Source: Alphaproteobacteria bacterium | GTDB lineage: Bacteria; Pseudomonadota; Alphaproteobacteria; Bin95 | Length of the DNA: 64,000 nucleotides | Assembly: GCA_963665325.3 (NCBI GenBank) | Contig: CAXXWS020000002.1 | Span: 416,001 to 480,000 of the forward strand | Direction: 5' to 3' | Shown here: positions 51,288 to 59,940 of the stretch, in pieces | How the letters are laid out: every line of letters begins with the position of its first letter | How positions within the stretch are numbered: position 1 is the stretch's first letter | Position numbers and translations under genes: made by a program | The notes under the pieces: generated by a model | What the model was told of the DNA's origin: nothing | Database searches by the model: none | What the model saw: only the letters and a program-made list of their open reading frames with translations

Positions 51288-52580
51288 ATGCCCGGCGCGC
51301 CGGCTTCCGTCCCTCGCGACACGCATCAACCCGCCGAAGCGGCGGACTGCAACTGCAACAGCGGCAAGTCCGCGGACGCTACGCCGCCCGTCCGTTCATA
51401 TTCCTGGCACGCGCGGCGCCGGCTCGCCACGCGCGGCCTCTGCCTGAACTGCGGCCAGGTGCCCCCGGCGGACGGCGCGAAATACTGCTCCGGCTGCATC
51501 GAGCGCCGCCGCGCCAGCGACCGCAAGGCCGCCCGCAAACGCCGCCTGCTGCGCCGTAACCGCGGCCTCTGCGCAGAGTGCGGCGCCGTGGCCGAAAAGC
51601 CCCGCCAGCGGCTCTGCGAGGCCTGCAACGACAAACACCGGGCCGTGAGCCGCCGGCGCCAGCAAGACCGAAAGGAAGAACGGAAGCGGGCAGGCCTGTG
51701 CGTACAGTGCGGAGGCAGGGCGCCGGCCGAAGGCAATGCGAGCTGCGACGACTGCCTCGCCCAGCGCCGGCTGGCATACCGCGTCCGCATCGACCGCCGC
51801 CGGCGCCAGGGCGACCGTTCGCTCTGCATCGAGTGCGGCAAGGCGCCCCCGGCTCCCGGCCGCCGCCGCTGCCCGGACTGCCAGCCGCTCACCGCCGGGC
51901 GCGACAGGGACGCCGCCAGACACCGCCGGGAGGCCCGCCGCTCTGTCGGCCTCTGCACAGTCTGCGGGCAGCATTCCGCCGTCCGCGGACGCACGGCCTG
52001 CGAGGCCTGCCTCGCGGGCTGGCTTGACCAGTACAACCGCAAGACCCTGGCCCGCGTCGCGCAAGGCCTTTGCATCCGGTGCGGGAAAGAGCCCCCGGCA
52101 ACCGGGTTCACCGCGTGCGAGCCCTGCCGGGACAGCCACCGCGCCGCCAGTCTTGCGAAGTGGCGCCGGCGCACTGCCGAACGCCGCGCCATGCAGCGCT
52201 GCATACGCTGCGGCGAGGATCTCGCCGACGGGGAGCAGGAGGTCTGCGAGCCCTGCCGCGACACCCAGCGCCTGAGCGCGCGCCGGCGTGCCGACCGCCG
52301 CAAGGCGCTGGGCGTCTGCGTTCGCTGCGGGCGGCGCCCCGCCGGGCGAGGAGCGCGCGACTGCGGCCCCTGCCGCGACCGCCAGCGCGCCTACGCCTGG
52401 CGCGGCATGCCCGACCTGCCGCCCCGCTACACCGTGATCGAGATCGCCACCGGCACCGATCACGGCACCTGGGAAACCGTCCAGGAGGTCGCGGGCGCGC
52501 TCGCCTATGCGAAGCTGACGCTCGACGACGTCGAGATCCTGACCGACGCCGCGCCCATGGCCGCCTTCAGGAGCTGGTGA
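51288..52580 (+). CDS. Tandem C4 zinc-finger repeat protein 1 (8 repeats plus conserved C-terminal domain)
   Basis: 8x GLCxxCG-x11-CxxC plus Arg-rich helix; AGGAG RBS. Confidence 0.85.
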   Translation: MPGAPASVPRDTHQPAEAADCNCNSGKSADATPPVRSYSWHARRRLATRGLCLNCGQVPPADGAKYCSGCIERRRASDRKAARKRRLLRRNRGLCAECGAVAEKPRQRLCEACNDKHRAVSRRRQQDRKEERKRAGLCVQCGGRAPAEGNASCDDCLAQRRLAYRVRIDRRRRQGDRSLCIECGKAPPAPGRRRCPDCQPLTAGRDRDAARHRREARRSVGLCTVCGQHSAVRGRTACEACLAGWLDQYNRKTLARVAQGLCIRCGKEPPATGFTACEPCRDSHRAASLAKWRRRTAERRAMQRCIRCGEDLADGEQEVCEPCRDTQRLSARRRADRRKALGVCVRCGRRPAGRGARDCGPCRDRQRAYAWRGMPDLPPRYTVIEIATGTDHGTWETVQEVAGALAYAKLTLDDVEILTDAAPMAAFRSW

Positions 52581-52715
52581 CGCCGCCTCGCATCCCCTTC
52601 CCGGTCCCCGGCAGCCGCAACGCCGCCAAGGTCGGGAAGGGGTTGTTCGTGCGATCCGCGCGGGTCCGCCATTGGCAACCGCCCGCGCCCGTTTCCCGAT
52701 CAGGAGATATCGCAC

Positions 52716-53027
52716 ATGCCCGGCATGCCCGTTTCCGTCCTTCGCCCCGATGCGAACACCTTTCTGACGCACGTCTTCGGCCGCGGCCTCCAGGACAAGA
52801 CCTATGTGGTCGAGCGCTACCGCACCGGCATCGACGGCGAGATCCGGCGCCTGCCGGGCGGCAGGGGCCATCCGCTCACCCTCTCGCTGGCGACCGTCCG
52901 GGAGCTGCGCCCGGCGCGCAACGAGATCCTGATCTGCCGGTGCGAGAAAAAGCCGGACTCCGGCATCCAGTACTGGGGGGTGTGGGCGACCGGGCTCTTC
53001 GCGGAGGGCAGGCGCAAGGGGCGCTGA
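52716..53027 (+). CDS. Hypothetical protein
   Basis: AGGAG RBS, GC3-biased, preceded by the motif. Confidence 0.7.
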   Translation: MPGMPVSVLRPDANTFLTHVFGRGLQDKTYVVERYRTGIDGEIRRLPGGRGHPLTLSLATVRELRPARNEILICRCEKKPDSGIQYWGVWATGLFAEGRRKGR

Positions 53028-53137
53028 GGCGTTCACGCTCCGGCGCCTCGGTTCTCCCCTTCCCGGTCAGCAAGGTCGGGAAGGGGTTTTTCCTTCCGAA
53101 CCCGCCGTCGCTCGCTTTCCAGTCGTCAGGATCCGCC

Positions 53138-54322
53138 ATGGCACCGAGCCGCACCACCCAGCTGCGCCACGCCCGCCGCGAGGCAGGCCTTTGCCAGGAA
53201 TGCGGACAGGTCCCCCCGGAGGGCAACTCCACGCACTGCGCCGCTTGCAGCCAGCGCCGGCGCGAAAACAGGCGCCGGTCCCAGCAAAAGCGCCGCATGC
53301 GTCTTCGCGAACGCCTGCTCTGCCTGGACTGTGCCAAAGCCGCGCCCGAGCCTGGCCGCGCCCGTTGCTCTTCCTGCGCCGAAACGCACCGCACCGCCAC
53401 CAGGCACACCAACCGGCTCCTCCGCGAAACCCGGCTCAAGGCCGGCCTCTGCCGCCAATGCGGCCAGAAGCCTGCGGCGCCCGGCAATGCCACCTGCGAC
53501 GACTGCCTTGCCGCGCGCCGCCAAGCCTACCGCGCCAGCACCGCCAGGAAACGCCGCCGCACTGACCCCTCTGTCTGCCTTGACTGCGGCAACAACTCTG
53601 CGGCCCCCGGCAAACCCCGTTGCCCCGCATGTGTTCGTCTCGCCGCCAGGGCCCTCCGCGACCGGCTCCGCGCGGCCGGCATCTGCACAACGTGTACGGC
53701 ACGCCCCGTCACCGACGGTCACACCACCTGCGGTCACTGCCGGGACGCCAATCTCGCCTGGTTTCACCGCGAACAGGGCCGCCGCAAATCCGAAGGCCTC
53801 TGCCGCAAGTGCGGGCAGCAACCTCCCCTTGCGGGATTCACGCTCTGCCTGCCATGCCGCGAGAAGAGCCGCTTCGCTGGCCATGCGACCTGGGTCCGGC
53901 AAACGACGGAACGCCTGACATGCGGGTTATGCGTGCGTTGCGGGCAACATCCCGCTGCGGAGGGCGTCCGTGAATGTCCCGCTTGCCGTGAATACTCCCG
54001 CTCACGGGCGCTGGCCTATTACCGCCGAACGTCGTCCGAACGAAAGGCGCTGGGCCTTTGCGTCCGTTGCGGCAGGCGGCCCCCCGAACGCGGCACGCTC
54101 GACTGCGGTCCCTGTGGCGACAAGCAGCGCGCCCGCGAGTATCGCGGCATGCCCGACCTGCCCGACCGGTACACCCTGATCGAGATCGCGACCGGAACCG
54201 ATCACGGCACCTGGGACAACCTCCAGGAAGTCGCGGGCGCGCTGGCCTACGCGAAGCTCACGCTCGACGACGTCGAGATCGTCACCGACGCCGGGCCCAT
54301 GGCCGCCTTCAGGAGCTGGTGA
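53138..54322 (+). CDS. Tandem C4 zinc-finger repeat protein 2 (8 repeats plus conserved C-terminal domain)
   Basis: Paralog of 51288-52580; true start probably MAPSRTT after the motif. Confidence 0.85.
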   Translation: MAPSRTTQLRHARREAGLCQECGQVPPEGNSTHCAACSQRRRENRRRSQQKRRMRLRERLLCLDCAKAAPEPGRARCSSCAETHRTATRHTNRLLRETRLKAGLCRQCGQKPAAPGNATCDDCLAARRQAYRASTARKRRRTDPSVCLDCGNNSAAPGKPRCPACVRLAARALRDRLRAAGICTTCTARPVTDGHTTCGHCRDANLAWFHREQGRRKSEGLCRKCGQQPPLAGFTLCLPCREKSRFAGHATWVRQTTERLTCGLCVRCGQHPAAEGVRECPACREYSRSRALAYYRRTSSERKALGLCVRCGRRPPERGTLDCGPCGDKQRAREYRGMPDLPDRYTLIEIATGTDHGTWDNLQEVAGALAYAKLTLDDVEIVTDAGPMAAFRSW

Positions 54323-54426
54323 CGCCGGCCCCATCCCCTTCCCGCCCCGGCAGCCGCATGGCCGCCAAAGGTCGGGAAGGGGCTTGTCGAGGGTGACTGC
54401 AAACAGCCACCCGGAGGACATATCCG

Positions 54427-54693
54427 ATGCCCGAGCCCGCCCCCTCGATGCGCACGTTCCGGATCGACGGAATCGGCCATGCCGGCGAGACCCTCGACAC
54501 CTGGTTCGTCGAGGCCCCCTGTTCCCGGCAGGCGCTGTCCCGCCTCTCCGAGAGCCTGGCGGACCGCGCCGAAACCGCCGGCTGGCGCCTCTACACGCTC
54601 CAGTACTGCGCCGATATCCGCATCGACGAAGTCGACGCCGCGCTGGCGTCCCCCGGCGCTGCCGCCTATATTCCGCAACAGGGAGTCGCCTGA
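54427..54693 (+). CDS. Hypothetical protein
   Basis: GGAGG RBS, preceded by the motif. Confidence 0.7.
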   Translation: MPEPAPSMRTFRIDGIGHAGETLDTWFVEAPCSRQALSRLSESLADRAETAGWRLYTLQYCADIRIDEVDAALASPGAAAYIPQQGVA

Positions 54694-54696
54694 TCC

Positions 54697-55065
54697 ATGG
54701 CCATGACCGCATTCGAAACCGCCACGCTGGCATTCCAGAAGGCGACCGTCGCTTTCCAGGAATCCACCATGCGGTTCCAGGAATCCACTATCGGATTCCA
54801 GAACGCTTCCCTCGAGCTGCAACGCGACGGTCTCTATCTCCAGGAGGCCGCCATCTACGTCCAGGCCGGCGTCGGCCTTCTTCAGGCTGCCCTGATCGGC
54901 TACGGGCTCTGGATGATGCACCGCGCGTCCACGGACCGGAACCGCCTCATGGACGAAGAACGTGTTCGCGCCGATCGGCGACATGAGGAAGCCATGACCG
55001 CCCTCAAGGAGCTGATCGCGCGCACGGCGTCCCCCTCCTCTCCTCCCGGCGCCAGCGCCGCTTGA
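54697..55065 (+). CDS. Heptad-repeat membrane protein
   Basis: AFETATL/AFQKATV/AFQESTM/RFQESTI/GFQNASL, then a TM helix. Confidence 0.65.
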   Translation: MAMTAFETATLAFQKATVAFQESTMRFQESTIGFQNASLELQRDGLYLQEAAIYVQAGVGLLQAALIGYGLWMMHRASTDRNRLMDEERVRADRRHEEAMTALKELIARTASPSSPPGASAA

Positions 55066-55198
55066 CCCGCCGGGCGTTCTTCGCCCCGCATCTCCTTCCC
55101 TTCCTGCCCGTTCCCGGCCGCTGCGGCATTCACGCCGCAAAGGTCGGGGACGGGTTTTTCGGGTGGTGCCAACCAGTTCCACCGAAAGGGCTTGAGCG

Positions 55199-55552
55199 AT
55201 GCAGCACATGAACGAGACCATCCGCAGCGTGCTGGCCGCGCACGGCATCGAGCGAAGATTCGCTGTCCTGCTCGCGGACCACGCAAGCAGCAATTTCAAC
55301 GAGCATTCCTACCTGGTCGAGTGGCCGGGCGAGCTCGGCGGCGCGCTCGTCTACCGGAGCGAGGAGGCCTGGCGAGCCGCCGCGGGCGACGACGCCTCCT
55401 GCTTCGACCTCTGGCCCTGGGCCGTCGAGGAAGTCTGCACCGATTACATGTACGCGGCGATGTACGAGGCCGGAATGTTCGACGAACACGGCGAGGTGGC
55501 GGAGGACTGCCCCCAGCGCGAAGCGGCGATCCAACTCTGCCTGGGCAACTGA
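55199..55552 (+). CDS. Acidic hypothetical protein
   Basis: GC3-biased ORF preceded by the motif. Confidence 0.7.
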   Translation: MQHMNETIRSVLAAHGIERRFAVLLADHASSNFNEHSYLVEWPGELGGALVYRSEEAWRAAAGDDASCFDLWPWAVEEVCTDYMYAAMYEAGMFDEHGEVAEDCPQREAAIQLCLGN

Positions 55553-55682
55553 CCGGTCCGGCATTCCGGTCGGCGCTTCCCCATCCCCGGCCTTTGCGGC
55601 ATCGACGCTGCGAAGGTGGGGAAGGGGCTTTTCGCGGTGAGTTCGAGCAACTCGCAATCAACCAGTTGCAGGGAGCAACACC

Positions 55683-56102
55683 ATGAACGGCCTGAACCGC
55701 GTCGACCTGATCGGCAACCTCGGCGGCAACCCCGAGATCCGGACCATGCAGAACAGCAGCGAGGTCGCCAATTTCTCCATCGCCACCAACGAGGTCTACA
55801 AGGACCGCCAGACCGGCGAGTACAAGGAGCTCACCGAGTGGCACCGGATCGTCGTCTACCAGCAGGGTCTCATCGACATGCTGAAGAAGCACGGCGAGAA
55901 GGGCCGCCTGGCGCACATCACCGGCAAGCTGCGCACCCGCAAGTGGACGGACCGCGACGGCAACGACCGCTACTCCACCGAGATCGTGGTCGGCCCCCGC
56001 GGCTGCATCAACTTCCTCGACCCCAAGCGGGACGGGGCGGGGAACGGAAACCGTCCGCCGGCGCCGCCCCCGGAAGCCTATCAGGACGATTTCGCCGCCT
56101 GA
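55683..56102 (+). CDS. ssb: Single-stranded DNA-binding protein
   Basis: NRVDLIGNLG.NPEIR, TEWHRIV, GKLRTRKW.DRDG.DRYSTEIV. Confidence 0.95.
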   Translation: MNGLNRVDLIGNLGGNPEIRTMQNSSEVANFSIATNEVYKDRQTGEYKELTEWHRIVVYQQGLIDMLKKHGEKGRLAHITGKLRTRKWTDRDGNDRYSTEIVVGPRGCINFLDPKRDGAGNGNRPPAPPPEAYQDDFAA

Positions 56103-56115
56103 GCGAACGCCCCCC

Positions 56116-56150
56116 AGCCCCGGAACCCGAGGGTTCCGGGGCTTCTTCCT
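56116..56150 (+). terminator. Intrinsic terminator after ssb
   Basis: AGCCCCGGAACCC/GGGTTCCGGGGCT followed by TCTTCCT. Confidence 0.7.
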
Positions 56151-56406
56151 TGTACGCTCAGCAACGTCCCGGGGCCCGCCTCGGCGCGTTTTTTCGTTGC
56201 CCCCGTCCGCGGGTCCCCCGCACTTCGGTGACCTCCGTCTTCCCGGGCTGGGCCCGGAAGGGATGGCGGAACGCGGCCGCTCTTTGCTGATCGCCGGAGC
56301 GCCGCCCCGGTCCGGAGAAGGTGGGGAAGGGGTTTTCCGGGCGGCATTGCGGGCCTCGCTCCTGCTTGCCCTCGTGCTACAATCCCCCACAGAAAGGAGC
56401 TGCACC

Positions 56407-56664
56407 ATGACCGCAGCCGATCTCGCCCCCTGGACAACGCCCGCGATCACCATCGCCCTCATCGCCTGGCTCCGCATGGACCTCGGCAAGCGCATCGACC
56501 GTCTCGAGGAGCGAATGGACCGGCGCATCGACGGCATCAACGCGCGTCTCCGTGCCCTGGAAATCGCCGTCGGCGCCATGGCGGCCAAGCTCGACCTGCT
56601 CGAGCGCTACTTCCTGCGGCCGAACGAGCCTCTCGACAAGCCGTCCCCGGAAGCGTCCGAGTAG
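56407..56664 (+). CDS. Small membrane-anchored coiled-coil protein
   Basis: AAGGAG RBS; short TM, then RIDRLEERMDRRID. Confidence 0.7.
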   Translation: MTAADLAPWTTPAITIALIAWLRMDLGKRIDRLEERMDRRIDGINARLRALEIAVGAMAAKLDLLERYFLRPNEPLDKPSPEASE

Positions 56665-56674
56665 CTTCCCCCTG

Positions 56675-56700
56675 ACCCCGGCCTCCGCGCCGGGGTTTTT
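56675..56700 (+). terminator. Intrinsic terminator
   Basis: ACCCCGGC/GCCGGGGT followed by TTTT. Confidence 0.65.
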
Positions 56701-56945
56701 CCATTCCGACGATCCAGCGCCTCGGGCCCCGCCCCCGGGGCGCTTTTTCGTGCCCCCGTTCCCGGCCTGCCCGTACTGCCGGGCGTCCCGCATGCCGGGC
56801 GCTGGCCGGGAAGCGTTCTGTGCGGCCGGCCGTCGCCCATCAGCCGCCGTCGTGCCGGCCGCGAGGCAAGAAAGGTGGGGAAGGGGTCTGTCGGGCGGTA
56901 TCGCGGCCATCCCGGTCGCGACCGCAGCCCGAAAGGATTTTCGGA

Positions 56946-57122
56946 ATGACCGTTCTGCTGGACCTCGCCTTCGACGCGATCGACGATCGCCACGCCGTCG
57001 CCGAGCTCGGACTCGATGCGCTCCCCCTCCGCGACAGCGTCCTGGAGGACAGCCTGCCCCGCTGGGGAGACCAGGCGACCCTGTTCCCCTGGGAGCCCGA
57101 TACCGCCGGAGACGCCGGCTGA
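56946..57122 (+). CDS. Small acidic hypothetical protein (58 aa)
   Basis: AAGGA RBS, preceded by the motif. Confidence 0.55.
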   Translation: MTVLLDLAFDAIDDRHAVAELGLDALPLRDSVLEDSLPRWGDQATLFPWEPDTAGDAG

Positions 57123-57747
57123 ACCCTGTCGCCCCGATGCCCCCCGGCGTCGGGGCGATCGTTCTGTACCGGCTCACCGCCGCGGCCCCCCGGTCCGTGC
57201 CTATATGCCTGCCGGCAGTCGCTTCGCTCCGGTAGCGGCATCGTGGGCGGGGATGGCCGGTCCGGAGCCGGGCCGCATCGAACCCGCCGTCCGGTCGCAG
57301 GCTCCCTCCCGTCACGTCCGCTGCTGACCGCCCGGTTCCAGACCGGCTGCGGGGACGCCGGGCCGCGACCGCCGCGCCGGGCGGGCTTCGCCCTTCCCCC
57401 CGTCACGCCGCCCGCTTGAGGCCCGGCTTGAATCTGAAATCGACACCCTCGCTGCGCTCGCCCGGCGCAGGCGCCGGATGAGGGCCGCTTCGCGCCCTGG
57501 CGGAGCGTGCTGCGCACGCGGGAGGCCGGTCGTGGCCTTCGGCATGCCGGGGGCGCTGCGCTGTGACCCCCCGGCAGGCCGAAAGCCGTTGGTGGGGGGC
57601 AGGGGCAGCCGGAGGCATGGCGGCATGGGGAGACCTGGAAATGCAACCCGCGACCTCGGGCAGGCCTGGAAAAGGTGGGGAAGGGGTTGTTCGGGTGGAT
57701 TCGCGGCCAATCCGGTCGGCGACGGTGATCCGGAAGGAGGATCGGTC

Positions 57748-58776
57748 ATGGCGGTCATGCATGGAGGCATTTCGCTGCAGGAGCTGGCAGCGCGGCTGGC
57801 GACCGAGATCGAGGCGGTCTGCGCCTACTATCTGCCGAACGGCCGGCGTGACGGCCCGTTCTGGCAGGTGGGCAGCGTCGCGGGCGAGCCCGGCAGCTCG
57901 CTGCGCGTCAATCTGGCGGGCCGGCTGCGCGGGCGCTGGAAGGACTGGGCGAACGGGCGGGATCGCGGCGACGCGCTGGACCTGATCCGCGCGGCCCGGG
58001 ACCTGGCGTCGGTCGGCGAGGCCGCGAAGGAGGCCCGGCGCTTCCTGTCCCTGCCCGATGCCGAGCGCCCGGCTTCGGTCGTGTCCGTTGCGGCATGCCG
58101 GCCGGTGAACCGGGCGGGCCTGGAGCAGGTGCTGGCCCGTTCGCGCGCGATCTGCGCCGACGACCCGGCCGGGCGCTATCTCGCCTCGCGCGGGCTGGCG
58201 GTGGACGACGCGCGGGACGCCGGCCTGCGGTTCCGGCCCGACGCCTGGGTGCAGGTGGACGGGCAGAAGCTGGAACTGCCGGCCCTGCTGGCGCCGATCC
58301 GCGCGCCGGACGGGACGCTGGAGGGCCTGCAGCGCATCTTCCTCGCCCCGGACGGCGGGAAGGCGGCGATCGCGGACCCGAAGCGGACCAGCGGGCGGCT
58401 CCACTCCGGCGCCGTGTGGTGGCCTGCTGCCGACGATGCGCGGCACGTGGTGCTGACCGAGGGCGTGGAGGACGCGCTCGCGGTCCGCCGGGCCCTGGGC
58501 GCGCATGGCCGCCGGCATATCGCCATCGCGGCTGCCGTGTCCGCCGGGCGCATCCCGCAGGTCGCCCTGCCGCCCGGCACGGTGCGGGTCACGCTGGTGC
58601 AGGATCGGGACCGCGCGGGCGAGGAGGCCTGGGCCGCGCTGGTCAACAGGCATGCCGGCCCGGATGTGCTGGTCGGGCGCCTCGTCGCCGGCGCGAAGGA
58701 TGCGAATGACGACCTCCTCCGGCTCGGCCCCGCCGGATATCGCCGGCTGCTGCTCTGCGGGGGCCTGCCGGCCTGA
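57748..58776 (+). CDS. Toprim-domain primase-like protein, paralog 2
   Basis: Colinear with 49419-50447 (TEGVEDAL, QDRD, KDAND); AAGGAGG RBS. Confidence 0.82.
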   Translation: MAVMHGGISLQELAARLATEIEAVCAYYLPNGRRDGPFWQVGSVAGEPGSSLRVNLAGRLRGRWKDWANGRDRGDALDLIRAARDLASVGEAAKEARRFLSLPDAERPASVVSVAACRPVNRAGLEQVLARSRAICADDPAGRYLASRGLAVDDARDAGLRFRPDAWVQVDGQKLELPALLAPIRAPDGTLEGLQRIFLAPDGGKAAIADPKRTSGRLHSGAVWWPAADDARHVVLTEGVEDALAVRRALGAHGRRHIAIAAAVSAGRIPQVALPPGTVRVTLVQDRDRAGEEAWAALVNRHAGPDVLVGRLVAGAKDANDDLLRLGPAGYRRLLLCGGLPA

Positions 58777-59008
58777 GCCACGATGCCCGGCGCCATCGGC
58801 GTCGGGCATCTGTTGCGTACCGGTCCGGGGCGCAGTTGGCGCCGGCCCCGCCGCGCCGTGGCGGTGGATGGCCGCGGAACGGGCCTGGAAGGGAATGGCG
58901 GGGCGTTCGGGGGATTTCGGCTGCCCGTACGCGCCGGGGCCGGCCGATGCGGCCGGGAGAAAGGTGGGGAAGGGGCTGTTGGGGTAAATCCCGAACAGGA
59001 GAGAGACG

Positions 59009-59266
59009 ATGAACGGCGACGCATACTGGACCGTGGACATCCTGCTGCCCTACTACACCGGCGGGCAGCGCTGGCGGGTCGTGCATGGCGGCGGGAGCGA
59101 GCAGCTCGCCCGGCGCATGCTGGACGCGGAGCGCCGGAACGGCAACCGCGCGCGCCTGCGCTGCTGGACAGCCGAGGTCGTGGACGCCGATGAGGTGCAA
59201 GACCTCGCCGAAGCGGTCCCCGTTCCTCAGCCTGCCGACCGGCTGGACAACGCGGTCCCCTTCTGA
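59009..59266 (+). CDS. Hypothetical protein ending in ...DNAVPF
   Basis: AGGAG RBS, preceded by the motif. Confidence 0.7.
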   Translation: MNGDAYWTVDILLPYYTGGQRWRVVHGGGSEQLARRMLDAERRNGNRARLRCWTAEVVDADEVQDLAEAVPVPQPADRLDNAVPF

Positions 59267-59273
59267 AGCAGAG

Positions 59274-59306
59274 AGCCCCGGCGCCTCCGGCGCCGGGGCT
59301 TCTTCT
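59274..59306 (+). terminator. Intrinsic terminator
   Basis: AGCCCCGGCGCC/GGCGCCGGGGCT followed by TCTTCT. Confidence 0.7.
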
Positions 59307-59587
59307 ATGTACCGCTCCGGCGGCCTCCTCCCGGGCGGCCGGGAGACCGGCTCCGCTATCCGGAACCCTGGCGGGGCCTCCGCAGGCTCCGGCCCCGCCA
59401 GGAACCCGGAAGACTGCGCCTGGAAGTTCCTCCTGACGGCGACGTCTGGCGCAAGCGCCAGGTCGCTTCGCTCCCGGGCCGGGAAGGAGGAATGCTGTCG
59501 GCCGGCGCTTCGGCGGCGAAATCCAAAAGGTAGGGAAGGGGTTGTTCGGGTGGAATTGCGGTCAATCCCGGCCGCGATCGCGAAGAG

Positions 59588-59932
59588 ATGGAGACAGCGA
59601 TGTCGATTCCCGCCAACCGGGCCCTCGTGCCGTTCCGCCCGTTCCTGATCGTCCGCGTGGCCGAGTTCGATGACGAGCCCGCCGAGATCCGCACCGCTGC
59701 CAGCCGCGAGGACTGCGAGCGCGCCCTGTTCGACTGGATCGAGGAGAGCGTCGTCCCCAACGAGATCTCCGGCGGGTCCTTCAATCCCGGTGAGGGCTGT
59801 TACACCTTCGCCGCCAGTGAATATGGCGAGCTTCGCCACCAGCGGACCGAACGCCCGGACGGAGGCTGCCACTTCGGTCCCTGGGCCGAAGAAGCCCGTC
59901 CCGCCGCCGGCAACGACCCGTGGCCGTTCTGA
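59588..59932 (+). CDS. Acidic hypothetical protein ending in ...NDPWPF
   Basis: Preceded by the motif; possible alternative start at 59600. Confidence 0.7.
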   Translation: METAMSIPANRALVPFRPFLIVRVAEFDDEPAEIRTAASREDCERALFDWIEESVVPNEISGGSFNPGEGCYTFAASEYGELRHQRTERPDGGCHFGPWAEEARPAAGNDPWPF

Positions 59933-59940
59933 TCCCGATC

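Larger units (their letters stand above)
50523..59541 (+). repeat. 12 dispersed copies of conserved upstream motif AAGGTSGGGAAGGGG, often closing a hairpin
   Basis: Copies start at 50523, 51208, 52628, 53072, 54368, 55140, 55613, 56318, 56872, 57672, 58961, 59527; each 34-82 bp before an ATG. Confidence 0.9.

Noticed and set aside
48543-51329. 928-aa minus-strand ORF and similar long antisense ORFs across the window
   Set aside because: These are shadow frames of GC-rich real genes with no recognisable motifs.
52070-53137. N-terminal extension of the 750-aa ORF in the track
   Set aside because: It overlaps two better ORFs and crosses two motif spacers; the likely start is ATG 53138.
52401-54322. 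DGR template/variable repeat pair
   Set aside because: Mismatches are largely synonymous and not adenine-specific, both copies are coding and no reverse transcriptase is seen.
50523-59541. CRISPR array interpretation of the 12 repeats
   Set aside because: Spacing is ~0.4-1.4 kb with whole genes between copies, the repeats are degenerate and no cas genes are present.
50523-59541. Classical integron attC array
   Set aside because: There is no tyrosine integrase IntI in the window and no consistent RYYYAAC/GTTRRRY boxes; the genes have their own RBSs and several have terminators.
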